Part shown: positions 1 through 15,400 of the stretch, piece by piece
How positions within the stretch are numbered: the first letter of the stretch is position 1
Layout: each line of letters opens with the position of its first letter
Assembly (NCBI GenBank): GCA_032718475.1
Contig: JAUCBJ010008895.1
Coordinates: forward strand, 26,735-90,734
DNA from: Nemertoderma westbladi
Lineage: Eukaryota > Animalia > Xenacoelomorpha
Length of the DNA: 64,000 nucleotides
Reading direction: 5' to 3'
The notes under the pieces: model-generated
The model's input: the letters and a program-made list of their open reading frames with translations, nothing else
Told to the model about the DNA's origin: nothing
The model's database searches: none
Translations under genes and position numbers: made by a program

Positions 1-786
1 ATAAAAGGCTCCTTCCAGAAGTACCTAGAAAGTGATGTCTGTGGGGCGATCCCTGGTTTTGATAGGCTAGATCACATTGAGAGTGAAATTCTTCTATACC
101 TAATGGATAGACCATCTTTAGGCAGCGATTTGGGTCTCCAATTCTACTCTTACATGAGAAGTTCGGCGTGGCGATTTTTCCGTATTATGAAAATGAATTT
201 GACTGTTCAGGAATTGATATACGTGAACTTGGATGAGTCATCTTGTGTTCCCGCGGATTCAGTATTCTTTGAATATGAAACTCAATTAATGAATTATTTT
301 GGTGGGGATAACGGATTCAGCGATTTGGTTACAATGCGGGGATACATTGTTCGGGAATTAGCGAGTGTTGTTGATAAAACCTCGTCTGATAACAAATCAA
401 TAACATTATCCGAAGCAACAATATCTACGTTAATTCGAGTCAACAGTTACTGTGAATGTCATCTAGTATATCTAATGGATGCTTCAGAAGAAGCCTTCCA
501 ATTGGTTAAATCATTTAGGAATCAGATTCTAGAACGCGGGGACAACTTGCCCCGTCCGGTCACCCCGACCTGGAGGTTTTCTCGCAGTGGTAGAAAACCA
601 CCCAAAGGAAAAGGTAAAAAGATTTCTACGTTTCTATATAAACATGGCAATGAAGATCAGAAGATCATGGATCACGATTACTTGTTTGTTAATGTTAATC
701 AAGCCATGGAGAAGTCAACAGCCCCTAAAGTAATGTTGCATGATAATGTTCTTATGCAGTATTGCATCGATACACACATTGATCAG
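1..786 (+). CDS. Gene A (uncharacterised, >=775 aa) exon a, 5'-truncated by the window edge
   Basis: Frame 1 is open from base 1 (IKGSFQKYLESDV...) through ...THIDQ, then CAG|GTTTGT donor at 786/787 (phase 0), followed by AT-rich intron-like sequence. Confidence 0.75.
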
Positions 787-1345
787 GTTTGTTGACCCTT
801 TTTATCTCTTCATTTTTTTCTCTTCTCTTCACCGAATGAGCTACCAAAGATAAATCACAGCAACAACAAGCAGCAACAACACAGCAACTTTCTAAGTTCT
901 CCACTCTAACCATATTCTGACAGCTGTAGACGCAAATGGTGTACCCGTGTTGACACAAATAGTCAACAAAAATCATTAAATCATATTGTAAGCGTATCGT
1001 TAAAGTGTATCGTAAACAATAGCAAAAAAATAATTTTTAATTATAATTGTCGCCTAATTAGTATTTTCCTTCGTATCGGGAGCTTGATGAATCCACAACT
1101 CTCCTCTGGGGAGTATAACTTTGGGGTACCTTGTATCAGACTATAGATATATTATATCTATAAGAAACAAAAATATACAATAATATTTTACTACTGTACG
1201 AAATATCCAACTACAGAACATTTAGCAAGGAAATAAAATAAACCTGAAAATTATTGTTATTTTATATACAATATATCTTATATTGTGTCAATTTTACATA
1301 TTATTCATATTTATGACGATGGCTATTGATTTATACTCATTTAAG

Positions 1346-1606
1346 GTTTGGTCCCAATATGTGCTCAACCTAACCCTCATGGCTGTGCTGCCACCCAACC
1401 CCTTCCCACAACTGGTAACCTCTTTCCGTCAGGCCTCTAGTTTCATGGATCTCTGGGGAGAATCAGACGAAGCTGTGGTCGAGGCTGTTCTACACAAGTC
1501 CGTGAGAGAAGCCGACCCTGATAACTTTATCTCGACCATCCCGGGCAGCAATGTCTACGGCCTACGAAGCAGTCTTGCCGCATTAGACCACGATTTCTTC
1601 CCCAAG
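1346..1606 (+). CDS. Gene A exon b
   Basis: TTTAAG acceptor, VWSQYVLNLTLMAVLPPNPFPQLV...DFFPK, AAG|GTTTGA donor. Phase 0/0; more GC-rich than the flanks. Confidence 0.75.
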
Positions 1607-1955
1607 GTTTGAGATTAAATAAATTATAGTAATAAATTAAAGTAATAAATTATATCTAAACGGATTACAATTTTCACGAGGGTTGTTATCTGTTGACTCC
1701 AGGTGATAACTTATACTGTACTACTATTTAGCACTACGATACTTTATCTATTGGGAAATTAGTAAATCCCACAGGGATTTAAAGATCAATCTTTAAATCC
1801 TTATAATTTATTTTAGGTGGTTAGGATGAATGAGTGGCTTCATATTATTATAACTTTTTGTTGGGCACAGCTTTGCAAAGTCGGCAATGACGTCCAGGTG
1901 GGATCGAACTGGTGACATCAAGTTAAATTCCTATTATGTTTCCTATTAATTATAG

Positions 1956-2548
1956 GTTCTAGAAATAGGCCGGCAATTCGAGTATAACGACTACAGCGCC
2001 AAATCGGGCCAATATAAGTTCGCGCTGACCACCGCAATAAGCGGCAACTCCACCTACTACGGTAAAACTTCGCCTTATATAAACCGTATTGAGGTATCCG
2101 AACACTGCTTCGTAAGGGGACCCCGTGGCTGCGCCCACGCTGCTGTACAGCTGTACGGAAACCTAATCCGGGAACAACTGCTAACCTACTCCTCCGCCAA
2201 TCACATTGTATCCGGGCTCTACCTCGGCCGAAATCGGTCCCATTGGTCGCTACTTGAAGTTAACACTCGTCCAAACGCCTTGGAGCTCGAGTTCACCCGA
2301 TTGGTTGTCGCTAAGCAACCAGTCGCGGCGCTTATCTACACGAAATCAGATTGGCGTTACGTACCGGTAGTGAAACGGTTTCTCTTTCATTACGTCGATG
2401 AGGACGAGACAGATTACGAGACATTCTACCCGGAATGTCCCGAACTTTTTTACAATTCGGTTTTCTGGGACGTTAAGAAGGCCGCCTTCCATTTCCAGCA
2501 AGGATCCACACCGGACAGACACGATCCGTTCTCCGGACCAAATCTCAG
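1956..2548 (+). CDS. Gene A exon c
   Basis: TTATAG acceptor, open frame VLEIGRQFEY...DPFSGPNL(R), in frame with track ORF 2280-2588. CAG|GTACAC donor, phase 0/2. Confidence 0.75.
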
Positions 2549-3260
2549 GTACACTGCCATTACAATTTTGAAACGCGTTATAAAATAATAAAAATACCTG
2601 ATAACACAACCATTTTATTTCGTCAATATAATATAGTTTTACTACTTACAGTACATATATGTTTTAATTTGCGCTTCAATTTTATCATCCCCCTCGCTCA
2701 TACAACACCAAATGTTTTGTAATAACGTTTAATATTCATTCAATAATAAAAATAGAGTTTAAGTAAAAAGTAAAGTATCTTTTAATAATGGATAAATTCT
2801 AAAGTAATATATTGTAAATTTTTTGCCTGAGAATGACAGGGGGGGGGGGGGGGGGGGGGGCTTTCGACGCAATAAAAATTAATCCCTCTCCAGCGGAAAT
2901 TTGATGCAAGTAACAGCTGATTACTCTCAAAAATAAAACTGTTACCTGTTCTATTGTGTTTAGTTTATTGTTGGTTAAAATAACGTGCCACTTGCCACTG
3001 TAACCTGCTCCTTTCCCTAAATTGAGAATTTAGCATTGATAGTTAAATTATTTATTTATTAAATAATTTAGCAGCGGGATATTAATTCGCCAAGATGGGA
3101 TTTGCGTCTTTTTTTACCCAGGGAAATAGTAACCCGAAATATCAGTGAGTTTTAATATTTTACTTAGAGGAAAAAAATTTAAATAATGAAACAAATTATT
3201 ATATTTATTATGATTATTTTATATTTATTATTATTTATTATTTATTTATATCCCATTCAG

Positions 3261-3412
3261 ATTCGCATTGAACTCAATTGATAAGAAGTTAATAAAACTG
3301 AAAGCAGAAGCGAATTATTTGTCAATTTATCGTCTTTTATTCTTAAAATCTCTAATGAACGATCATACAAGTCATATAGCAGACTGCTGGAGAATGTTTC
3401 ATTCTATAGTCG
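3261..3412 (+). CDS. Gene A exon d (source of the satellite unit)
   Basis: CCCATTCAG acceptor (phase 2, matches exon c), (R)FALNSIDKKLIKLKAEANYLSIYRLLFLKSLMNDHTSHIADCWRMFHSIV(G), perfect G|GTAAGT donor at 3412/3413 (phase 1). Confidence 0.8.
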
Positions 3413-6400
3413 GTAAGTATAGCAGACTGGCTGGAGAATGTTTCATTCTATAGTCGGTAAGTATAGCAGACTGCTGGAGAATGTTTCATTCTATCGTCGG
3501 TAAGTACAGCAGACTGCTGGAGAATGTTTCATTCTATAGTCGGTAAGTATAGCAGACTGCTGGAGAATGTTTCATTCTATAGTTGATAAGTACAGCAGAC
3601 TGCTGGATAATGTTTCATTCTATAGTCGGTAAGTATAGCAGACTGCTGGAGAATGTTTCATTCTATAGTCGGTAAGTACAGCAGACTGCTGGAGAATGTT
3701 TCATTCTATAGTCGGTAAGTATAGCAGACTGCTGGAGAATGTTTCATTCTATAGTTGATAAGTACAGCAGACTGCTGGATAATGTTTCATTCTATAGTTG
3801 ATAAGTACAGCAGACTGGCTGGAGAATGTTTCATTCTATAGTCGGTAAGTATAGCAGACTGCTGGAGAATGTTTCATTCTATAGTCGGTAAGTATAGCAG
3901 ACTGCTGGAGAATGTTTCATTCTATAGTCGGTAAGTACAGCAGACTGCTGGAGAATGTTTCATTCTATAGTCGGTAAGTATAGCAGACTGCTGGATAATG
4001 TTTCATTCTATATTTAATAAGTACAGCAGACTGCTGGAGAATGTTTCATTCTATAGTCGGTAAGTATAGCAGACTGCTGGAGAATGTTTCATTCTATATT
4101 TAATAAGTACAGCAGACTGCTAGAGAATATTTTATTCTATAGTTGATAAGTGCAGCAGACTGCTGGAGAATGTGTCATTCTATAGTTGATAAGTACAGCA
4201 GACTGGTTGGATAATGTTTCATTCTATAGTCGGTAAGTATAGCAGACTGCTGGAGAATGTTTCATTCTATAGTCGGTAAGTATAGCAGACTGGCTGGAGA
4301 ATGTTTCATTCTATAGTCGGTAAGTATAGCAGACTGCTGGAGAATGTTTCATTCTATAGTCGGTAAGTATAGCAGACTGGCTGGAGAATGTTTCATTCTA
4401 TAGTCGGTAAGTATAGCAGACTGCTGGAGAATGTTTCATTCTATAGTCGGTAAGTACAGCAGACTGCTGGAGAATGTTTCATTCTATAGTCGGTAAGTAT
4501 AGCAGACTGCTGGAGAATGTTTCATTCTATAGTTGATAAGTACAGCAGACTGCTGGATAATGTTTCATTCTATAGTTGATAAGTACAGCAGACTGGCTGG
4601 AGAATGTTTCATTCTATAGTCGGTAAGTATAGCAGACTGCTGGAGAATGTTTCATTCTATAGTCGGTAAGTATAGCAGACTGCTGGAGAATGTTTCATTC
4701 TATAGTCGGTAAGTACAGCAGACTGCTGGAGAATGTTTCATTCTATAGTCGGTAAGTATAGCAGACTGCTGGAGAATGTTTCATTCTATATTTAATAAGT
4801 ACAGCAGACTGCTGGAGAATGTGTCATTCTATAGTTGATAAGTACAGCAGACTGGTTGGATAATGTTTCATTCTATAGTTGATAAGTACATCAGACTGCT
4901 GGAGAATGTTTCATTATATAGTCGGTAAGTATAGCAGACTGCTGGAGAATGTTTCATTCTATATTTAATAAGTACAGCAGACTGCTAGAGAATATTTTAT
5001 TCTATAGTTGATAAGTGCAGCAGACTGCTGGAGAATTTTTCATTCTATAGTCGGTAAGTATAGCAGACTGCTGGAGAATGTTTCATTATATAGTCGGTAA
5101 GTATAGCAGACTGCTGGAGAATGTTTCATTCTATATTTAATAAGTACAGCAGACTGCTAGAGAATATTTTATTCTATAGTTGATAAGTATAGCAGACTGC
5201 TGGAGAATGTGTCATTCTATAGTTGATAAGTACAGCAGACTGGTTGGATAATGTTTCATTCTATAGTTGATAAGTACAGCAGACTGCTGGAGAATGTTTC
5301 ATTATATAGTCGGTAAGTATAGCAGACTGCTGGAGAATGTTTCATTCTATATTTAATAAGTACAGCAGACTGCTAGAGAATATTTTATTCTATAGTTGAT
5401 AAGTATAGCAGACTGCTGGAGAATGTGTCATTCTATAGTTGATAAGTACAGCAGACTGGCTGGATAATGTTTCATTCTATAGTTGTTAAGTACAGCAGAC
5501 TGCTGGAGAATGTTTCATTCTATAGTTGATAAGTACAGCAGACAGCTGGAGAATGTTTCATTATATAGTCGGTAAGTATAGCAGACTGCTGGAGAATGTT
5601 TCATTCTATATTTAATAAGTACAGCAGACTGCTAGAGAATATTTTATTCTATAGTTGATAAGTATAGCAGACTGCTGGAGAATGTGTCATTCTATAGTTG
5701 ATAAGTACAGCAGACTGGTTGGATAATGTTTCATTCTATAGTTGATAAGTACAGCAGACTGCTGGAGAATGTTTCATTCTATAGTCGGTAAGTACAGCAG
5801 ACTGCTGGAGAATGTTTCATTCTATAGTTGATAAGTACAGCAGACTGGTTGGATAATGTTTCATTCTATAGTTGATAAGTACATCAGACTGCTGGATAAT
5901 GTTTCATTCTATAGTCGGTAAGTATAGCAGACTGCTGGAGAATGTTTCATTATATAGTCGGTAAGTATAGCAGACTGCTGGAGAAGGTTTCATTCTATAT
6001 TTAATAAGTACAGCAGACTGCTAGAGAATATTTTATTCTATAGTTGATAAGTGCAGCAGACTGCTGGAGAATGTGTCATTCTATAGTTGATAAGTACAGC
6101 AGACTGGTTGGATAATGTTTCATTCTATAGTTGATAAGTACATCAGACTGCTGGATAATGTTTCATTCTATAGTCGGTAAGTATAGCAGACTGCTGGAGA
6201 ATGTTTCATTATATAGTCGGTAAGTATAGCAGACTGCTGGAGAAGGTTTCATTCTATAGTCGGTAAGTACAGCAGACTGCTGGAGAATGTTTCATTCTAT
6301 AGTCGGTAAGTATAGCAGACTGCTGGATAATGTTTTATTCTATAGTCGGTAAGTATAGCAGACTGGCTGGATAATGTTTTTTTCTATAGTCGGTAAGTAG

Positions 6401-9400
6401 AGCAGACTGCTGGATAATGTTTCATTCTATAGTTGATAAGTACAGCAGACTGGTTGGATAATGTTTCATTCTATAGTTGATAAGTACATCAGACTGCTGG
6501 AGAATGTTTCATTCTATAGTCGGTAAGTATAGCAGACTGCTGGATAATGTTTTATTCTATAGTCGGTAAGTATAGCAGACTGCTGGAGAATGTTTCATTC
6601 TATAGTTGATAAGTACAGCAGACTGGCTGGAGAATGTTACATTCTATAGTCGGTAAGTATAGCAGACTGCTGGATAATATTTTATTCTATAGTCGGTAAG
6701 TATAGCAGACTGGCTGGATAATGTTTTATTCTATAGTCGGTAAGTAGAGCAGACTGCTGGATAATGTTTTATTATATAGTCGGTAAGTATAGCAGACTGG
6801 CTGGATAATGTTTTATTCTATAGTCGGTAAGTAGAGCAGACTGCTGGATAATGTTTTATTCTATAGTCGGTAAGTATAGCAGACTGGCTGGTTAATGTTT
6901 TATTCTATAGTCGGTAAGTAGAGCAGACTGCTGGAGAATGTTTCATTCTATAGTCGGTAAGTATAGCAGACTGCTGGAGAATGTTTCATTCTATAGTTGA
7001 TAAGTGCAGCAGATTGGCTGGAGAATGTGTCATTCTATAGTTGAAAAGTACAGCAGACTGGTTGGATAATGTTTCATTCTATAGTTGATAAGTACATCAG
7101 ACTGCTGGAGAATGTTTCATTCTATAGTCGGTAAGTATAGCAGACTGCTGGAGAAGGTTTCATTCTATAGTTGATAAGTGCAGCAGACTGCTGGAGAATG
7201 TTTCATTCTATAGTCGGTAAGTATAGCAGACTGCTGGATAATGTTTTATTCTATAGTCGGTAAGTATAGCAGACTGCTGGATAATGTTTTATTCTATAGT
7301 CGGTAAGTAGAGCAGACTGCTGGAGAATGTTTCATTCTATAGTCGGTAAGTATAGCAGACTGCTGGAGAATGTGTCATTCTATAGTTGATAAGTACAGCA
7401 GACTGGCTGGATAATGTTTCATTCTATAGTCGGTAATTATAGCAGACTGCTGGATAATGTTTCATTCTATAGTTGATAAGTGCAGCAGACTGCTGGAGAA
7501 TGTTTCATTCTATAGTTGATAAGTACAGCAGACTGGCTGGATAATGTTTCATTCTATAGTCGGTAAGTATAGCAGACTGCTGGATAATGTTTCATTCTAT
7601 AGTTGATAAGTACAGCAGACTGGCTGGATAATGTTTCATTCTATAGTCGGTAAGTATAGCAGACTGCTGGATAATGTTTCATTATATAGTCGGTAAGTAT
7701 AGCAGACTGCTGGAGAATGTTTCATTCTATATTTAATAAGTACAGCAGACTGCTAGAGAATATTTTATTCTATAGTTGATAAGTATAGCAGACTGCTGGA
7801 GAATGTGTCATTCTATAGTTGATAAGTACAGCAGACTGGTTGGATAATGTTTCATTCTATAGTTGATAAGTACAGCAGACTGCTGGAGAATGTTTCATTC
7901 TATAGTCGGTAAGTACAGCAGACTGCTGGAGAATGTTTCATTCTATAGTTGATAAGTACAGCAGACTGGTTGGATAATGTTTCATTCTATAGTTGATAAG
8001 TACATCAGACTGCTGGATAATGTTTCATTCTATAGTCGGTAAGTATAGCAGACTGCTGGAGAATGTTTCATTATATAGTCGGTAAGTATAGCAGACTGCT
8101 GGAGAAGGTTTCATTCTATATTTAATAAGTACAGCAGACTGCTAGAGAATATTTTATTCTATAGTTGATAAGTGCAGCAGACTGCTGGAGAATGTGTCAT
8201 TCTATAGTTGATAAGTACAGCAGACTGGTTGGATAATGTTTCATTCTATAGTTGATAAGTACATCAGACTGCTGGATAATGTTTCATTCTATAGTCGGTA
8301 AGTATAGCAGACTGCTGGAGAATGTTTCATTATATAGTCGGTAAGTATAGCAGACTGCTGGAGAAGGTTTCATTCTATAGTCGGTAAGTACAGCAGACTG
8401 CTGGAGAATGTTTCATTCTATAGTCGGTAAGTATAGCAGACTGCTGGATAATGTTTTATTCTATAGTCGGTAAGTATAGCAGACTGGCTGGATAATGTTT
8501 TTTTCTATAGTCGGTAAGTAGAGCAGACTGCTGGATAATGTTTCATTCTATAGTTGATAAGTACAGCAGACTGGTTGGATAATGTTTCATTCTATAGTTG
8601 ATAAGTACATCAGACTGCTGGAGAATGTTTCATTCTATAGTCGGTAAGTATAGCAGACTGCTGGATAATGTTTTATTCTATAGTCGGTAAGTATAGCAGA
8701 CTGCTGGAGAATGTTTCATTCTATAGTTGATAAGTACAGCAGACTGGCTGGAGAATGTTTCATTCTATAGTCGGTAAGTATAGCAGACTGCTGGATAATG
8801 TTTTATTCTATAGTCGGTAAGTATAGCAGACTGGCTGGATAATGTTTTATTCTATAGTCGGTAAGTAGAGCAGACTGCTGGATAATGTTTTATTCTATAG
8901 TCGGTAAGTATAGCAGACTGGCTGGATAATGTTTTATTCTATAGTCGGTAAGTAGAGCAGACTGCTGGATAATGTTTTATTCTATAGTCGGTAAGTATAG
9001 CAGACTGGCTGGTTAATGTTTTATTCTATAGTCGGTAAGTAGAGCAGACTGCTGGAGAATGTTTCATTCTATAGTCGGTAAGTATAGCAGACTGCTGGAG
9101 AATGTTTCATTCTATAGTTGATAAGTGCAGCAGATTGGCTGGAGAATGTGTCATTCTATAGTTGAAAAGTACAGCAGACTGGTTGGATAATGTTTCATTC
9201 TATAGTTGATAAGTACATCAGACTGCTGGAGAATGTTTCATTCTATAGTCGGTAAGTATAGCAGACTGCTGGAGAAGGTTTCATTCTATAGTTGATAAGT
9301 GCAGCAGACTGCTGGAGAATGTTTCATTCTATAGTCGGTAAGTATAGCAGACTGCTGGATAATGTTTTATTCTATAGTCGGTAAGTATAGCAGACTGCTG

Positions 9401-12400
9401 GATAATGTTTTATTCTATAGTCGGTAAGTAGAGCAGACTGCTGGAGAATGTTTCATTCTATAGTCGGTAAGTATAGCAGACTGCTGGAGAATGTGTCATT
9501 CTATAGTTGATAAGTACAGCAGACTGGCTGGATAATGTTTCATTCTATAGTCGGTAATTATAGCAGACTGCTGGATAATGTTTCATTCTATAGTTGATAA
9601 GTGCAGCAGACTGCTGGAGAATGTTTCATTCTATAGTTGATAAGTACAGCAGACTGGCTGGATAATGTTTCATTCTATAGTCGGTAAGTATAGCAGACTG
9701 CTGGATAATGTTTCATTCTATAGTTGATAAGTACAGCAGACTGGCTGGATAATGTTTCATTCTATAGTCGGTAAGTATAGCAGACTGCTGGATAATGTTT
9801 CATTCTATAGTTGATAAGTGCAGCAGACTGCTGGAGAATGTTTCATTCTATAGTTGATAAGTACAGCAGACTGGCTGGATAATGTTTCATTCTATAGTTG
9901 TTAAGTACAGCAGACTGCTGGAGAATGTTTCATTCTATAGTTGATAAGTACAGCAGACTGCTGGAGAATGTTTCATTATATAGTCGGTAAGTATAGCAGA
10001 CTGCTGGAGAATGTTTCATTCTATATTTAATAAGTACAGCAGACTGCTAGAGAATATTTTATTCTATAGTTGATAAGTATAGCAGACTGCTGGAGAATGT
10101 GTCATTCTATAGTTGATAAGTACAGCAGACTGGTTGGATAATGTTTCATTCTATAGTTGATAAGTACAGCAGACTGCTGGAGAATGTTTCATTCTATAGT
10201 CGGTAAGTACAGCAGACTGCTGGAGAATGTTTCATTCTATAGTTGATAAGTACAGCAGACTGGTTGGATAATGTTTCATTCTATAGTTGATAAGTACATC
10301 AGACTGCTGGATAATGTTTCATTCTATAGTCGGTAAGTATAGCAGACTGCTGGAGAATGTTTCATTATATAGTCGGTAAGTATAGCAGACTGCTGGAGAA
10401 GGTTTCATTCTATATTTAATAAGTACAGCAGACTGCTAGAGAATTTTTTATTCTATAGTTGATAAGTGCAGCAGACTGCTGGAGAATGTGTCATTCTATA
10501 GTTGATAAGTACAGCAGACTGGTTGGATAATGTTTCATTCTATAGTTGATAAGTACATCAGACTGCTGGATAATGTTTCATTCTATAGTCGGTAAGTATA
10601 GCAGACTGCTGGAGAATGTTTCATTATATAGTCGGTAAGTATAGCAGACTGCTGGAGAAGGTTTCATTCTATAGTCGGTAAGTACAGCAGACTGCTGGAT
10701 AATGTTTTATTCTATAGTCGGTAAGTATAGCAGACTGGCTGGATAATGTTTTTTTCTATAGTCGGTAAGTAGAGCAGACTGCTGGATAATGTTTCATTCT
10801 ATAGTTGATAAGTACAGCAGACTGGTTGGATAATGTTTCATTCTATAGTTGATAAGTACATCAGACTGCTGGAGAATGTTTCATTCTATAGTCGGTAAGT
10901 ATAGCAGACTGCTGGATAATGTTTTATTCTATAGTCGGTAAGTATAGCAGACTGCTGGAGAATGTTTCATTCTATAGTTGATAAGTACAGCGGACTGGCT
11001 GGAGAATGTTTCATTCTATAGTCGGTAAGTATAGCAGACTGCTGGATAATGTTTTATTCTATAGTCGGTAAGTATAGCAGACTGGCTGGATAATGTTTTA
11101 TTCTATAGTCGGTAAGTAGAGCAGACTGCTGGATAATGTTTTATTCTATAGTCGGTAAGTATAACAGACTGGCTGGATAATGTTTTATTCTATAGTCGGT
11201 AAGTAGAGCAGACTGCTGGATAATGTTTTATTCTATAGTCGGTAAGTATAGCAGACTGGCTGGTTAATGTTTTATTCTATAGTCGGTAAGTAGAGCAGAC
11301 TGCTGGAGAATGTTTCATTCTATAGTCGGTAAGTATAGCAGACTGCTGGAGAATGTTTCATTCTATAGTTGATAAGTGCAGCAGATTGGCTGGAGAATGT
11401 GTCATTCTATAGTTGAAAAGTACAGCAGACTGGTTGGATAATGTTTCATTCTATAGTTGATAAGTACATCAGACTGCTGGAGAATGTTTCATTCTATAGT
11501 CGGTAAGTATAGCAGACTGCTGGAGAAGGTTTCATTCTATAGTTGATAAGTGCAGCAGACTGCTGGAGAATGTTTCATTCTATAGTCGGTAAGTATAGCA
11601 GACTGCTGGATAATGTTTTATTCTATAGTCGGTAAGTATAGCAGACTGCTGGATAATGTTTTATTCTATAGTCGGTAAGTAGAGCAGACTGCTGGAGAAT
11701 GTTTCATTCTATAGTCGGTAAGTATAGCAGACTGCTGGAGAATGTGTCATTCTATAGTTGATAAGTACAGCAGACTGGCTGGATAATGTTTCATTCTATA
11801 GTCGGTAATTATAGCAGACTGCTGGATAATGTTTCATTCTATAGTTGATAAGTGCAGCAGACTGCTGGAGAATGTTTCATTCTATAGTTGATAAGTACAG
11901 CAGACTGGCTGGATAATGTTTCATTCTATAGTCGGTAAGTATAGCAGACTGCTGGATAATGTTTCATTCTATAGTTGATAAGTACAGCAGACTGGCTGGA
12001 TAATGTTTCATTCTATAGTCGGTAAGTATAGCAGACTGCTGGATAATGTTTCATTCTATAGTTGATAAGTGCAGCAGACTGCTGGAGAATGTTTCATTCT
12101 ATAGTTGATAAGTACAGCAGACTGGCTGGATAATGTTTCATTCTATAGTCGGTAAGTATAGCAGACTGCTGGATAATGTTTCATTCTATAGTCGGTAAGT
12201 ATAGCAGACTGCTGGATAATGTTTCATTCTATAGTCGGTAAGTATAGCAGACTGGCTGGTTAATGTTTTATTCTATAGTCGGTAAGTAGAGCAGACTGCT
12301 GGAGAATGTTTCATTCTATAGTCGGTAAGTATAGCATACTGCTGGAGAATGTTTCATTCTATAGTTGATAAGTGCAGCAGATTGGCTGGAGAATGTGTCA

Positions 12401-15400
12401 TTCTATAGTTGAAAAGTACAGCAGACTGGTTGGATAATGTTTCATTCTATAGTCGGTAAGTATAGCAGACTGCTGGATAATGTTTCATTCTATAGTTGAT
12501 AAGTGCAGCAGACTGCTGGAGAATGTTTCATTCTATAGTCGGTAAGTATAGCAGACTGCTGGATAATGTTTTATTCTATAGTCGGTAAGTATAGCAGACT
12601 GCTGGATAATGTTTTATTCTATAGTCGGTAAGTAGAGCAGACTGCTGGAGAATGTTTCATTCTATAGTCGGTAAGTATAGCAGACTGCTGGAGAATGTGT
12701 CATTCTATAGTTGATAAGTACAGCAGACTGGCTGGATAATGTTTCATTCTATAGTCGGTAATTATAGCAGACTGCTGGATAATGTTTCATTCTATAGTTG
12801 ATAAGTGCAGCAGACTGCTGGAGAATGTTTCATTCTATAGTTGATAAGTACAGCAGACTGGCTGGATAATGTTTCATTCTATAGTCGGTAAGTATAGCAG
12901 ACTGCTGGAGAATGTTTCATTCTATAGTTGATAAGTACAGCAGACTGGCTGGATAATGTTTCATTCTATAGTCGGTAAGTATAGCAGACTGCTGGATAAT
13001 GTTTCATTCTATAGTTGATAAGTACAGCAGACTGGCTGGATAATGTTTCATTCTATAGTCGGTAAGTATAGCAGACTGCTGGATAATGTTTCATTCTATA
13101 GTCGGTAAGTATAGCAGACTGCTGGATAATGTTTTATTCTATAGTCGGTAAGTATAGCAGACTGCTGGAGAATGTTTCATTCTATAGTTGATAAGTACAG
13201 CAGACTGGCTGGAGAATGTTTCATTCTATAGTCGGTAAGTATAGCAGACTGCTGGATAATGTTTTATTCTATAGTCGGTAAGTATAGCAGACTGGCTGGA
13301 TAATGTTTTATTCTATAGTCGGTAAGTAGAGCAGACTGCTGGATAATGTTTTATTCTATAGTCGGTAAGTATAGCAGACTGGCTGGATAATGTTTTATTC
13401 TATAGTCGGTAAGTAGAGCAGACTGCTGGATAATGTTTTATTCTATAGTCGGTAAGTATAGCAGACTGGCTGGTTAATGTTTTATTCTATAGTCGGTAAG
13501 TAGAGCAGACTGCTGGAGAATGTTTCATTCTATAGTCGGTAAGTATAGCAGACTGCTGGAGAATGTTTCATTCTATAGTTGATAAGTGCAGCAGATTGGC
13601 TGGAGAATGTGTCATTCTATAGTTGAAAAGTACAGCAGACTGGTTGGATAATGTTTCATTCTATAGTTGATAAGTACATCAGACTGCTGGAGAATGTTTC
13701 ATTCTATAGTCGGTAAGTATAGCAGACTGCTGGAGAAGGTTTCATTCTATAGTTGATAAGTGCAGCAGACTGCTGGAGAATGTTTCATTCTATAGTCGGT
13801 AAGTATAGCAGACTGCTGGATAATGTTTTATTCTATAGTCGGTAAGTATAGCAGACTGCTGGATAATGTTTTATTCTATAGTCGGTAAGTAGAGCAGACT
13901 GCTGGAGAATGTTTCATTCTATAGTCGGTAAGTATAGCAGACTGCTGGAGAATGTGTCATTCTATAGTTGATAAGTACAGCAGACTGGCTGGATAATGTT
14001 TCATTCTATAGTCGGTAATTATAGCAGACTGCTGGATAATGTTTCATTCTATAGTTGATAAGTGCAGCAGACTGCTGGAGAATGTTTCATTCTATAGTTG
14101 ATAAGTACAGCAGACTGGCTGGATAATGTTTCATTCTATAGTCGGTAAGTATAGCAGACTGCTGGATAATGTTTCATTCTATAGTTGATAAGTACAGCAG
14201 ACTGGCTGGATAATGTTTCATTCTATAGTCGGTAAGTATAGCAGACTGCTGGATAATGTTTCATTCTATAGTTGATAAGTGCAGCAGACTGCTGGAGAAT
14301 GTTTCATTCTATAGTTGATAAGTACAGCAGACTGGCTGGATAATGTTTCATTCTATAGTTGTTAAGTACAGCAGACTGCTGGAGAATGTTTCATTCTATA
14401 GTTGATAAGTACAGCAGACTGCTGGAGAATGTTTCATTATATAGTCGGTAAGTATAGCAGACTGCTGGAGAATGTTTCATTCTATATTTAATAAGTACAG
14501 CAGACTGCTAGAGAATATTTTATTCTATAGTTGATAAGTATAGCAGACTGCTGGAGAATGTGTCATTCTATAGTTGATAAGTACAGCAGACTGGTTGGAT
14601 AATGTTTCATTCTATAGTTGATAAGTACAGCAGACTGCTGGAGAATGTTTCATTCTATAGTCGGTAAGTACAGCAGACTGCTGGAGAATGTTTCATTCTA
14701 TAGTTGATAAGTACAGCAGACTGGTTGGATAATGTTTCATTCTATAGTTGATAAGTACATCAGACTGCTGGATAATGTTTCATTCTATAGTCGGTAAGTA
14801 TAGCAGACTGCTGGAGAATGTTTCATTATATAGTCGGTAAGTATAGCAGACTGCTGGAGAAGGTTTCATTCTATATTTAATAAGTACAGCAGACTGCTAG
14901 AGAATTTTTTATTCTATAGTTGATAAGTGCAGCAGACTGCTGGAGAATGTGTCATTCTATAGTTGATAAGTACAGCAGACTGGTTGGATAATGTTTCATT
15001 CTATAGTTGATAAGTACATCAGACTGCTGGATAATGTTTCATTCTATAGTCGGTAAGTATAGCAGACTGCTGGAGAATGTTTCATTATATAGTCGGTAAG
15101 TATAGCAGACTGCTGGAGAAGGTTTCATTCTATAGTCGGTAAGTACAGCAGACTGCTGGATAATGTTTTATTCTATAGTCGGTAAGTATAGCAGACTGGC
15201 TGGATAATGTTTTTTTCTATAGTCGGTAAGTAGAGCAGACTGCTGGATAATGTTTCATTCTATAGTTGATAAGTACAGCAGACTGGTTGGATAATGTTTC
15301 ATTCTATAGTTGATAAGTACATCAGACTGCTGGAGAATGTTTCATTCTATAGTCGGTAAGTATAGCAGACTGCTGGATAATGTTTTATTCTATAGTCGGT

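Noticed and set aside
2839-2860. G22 homopolymer (and the C-run near 53993-54007)
   Set aside because: Simple non-coding homopolymers with no further structure.
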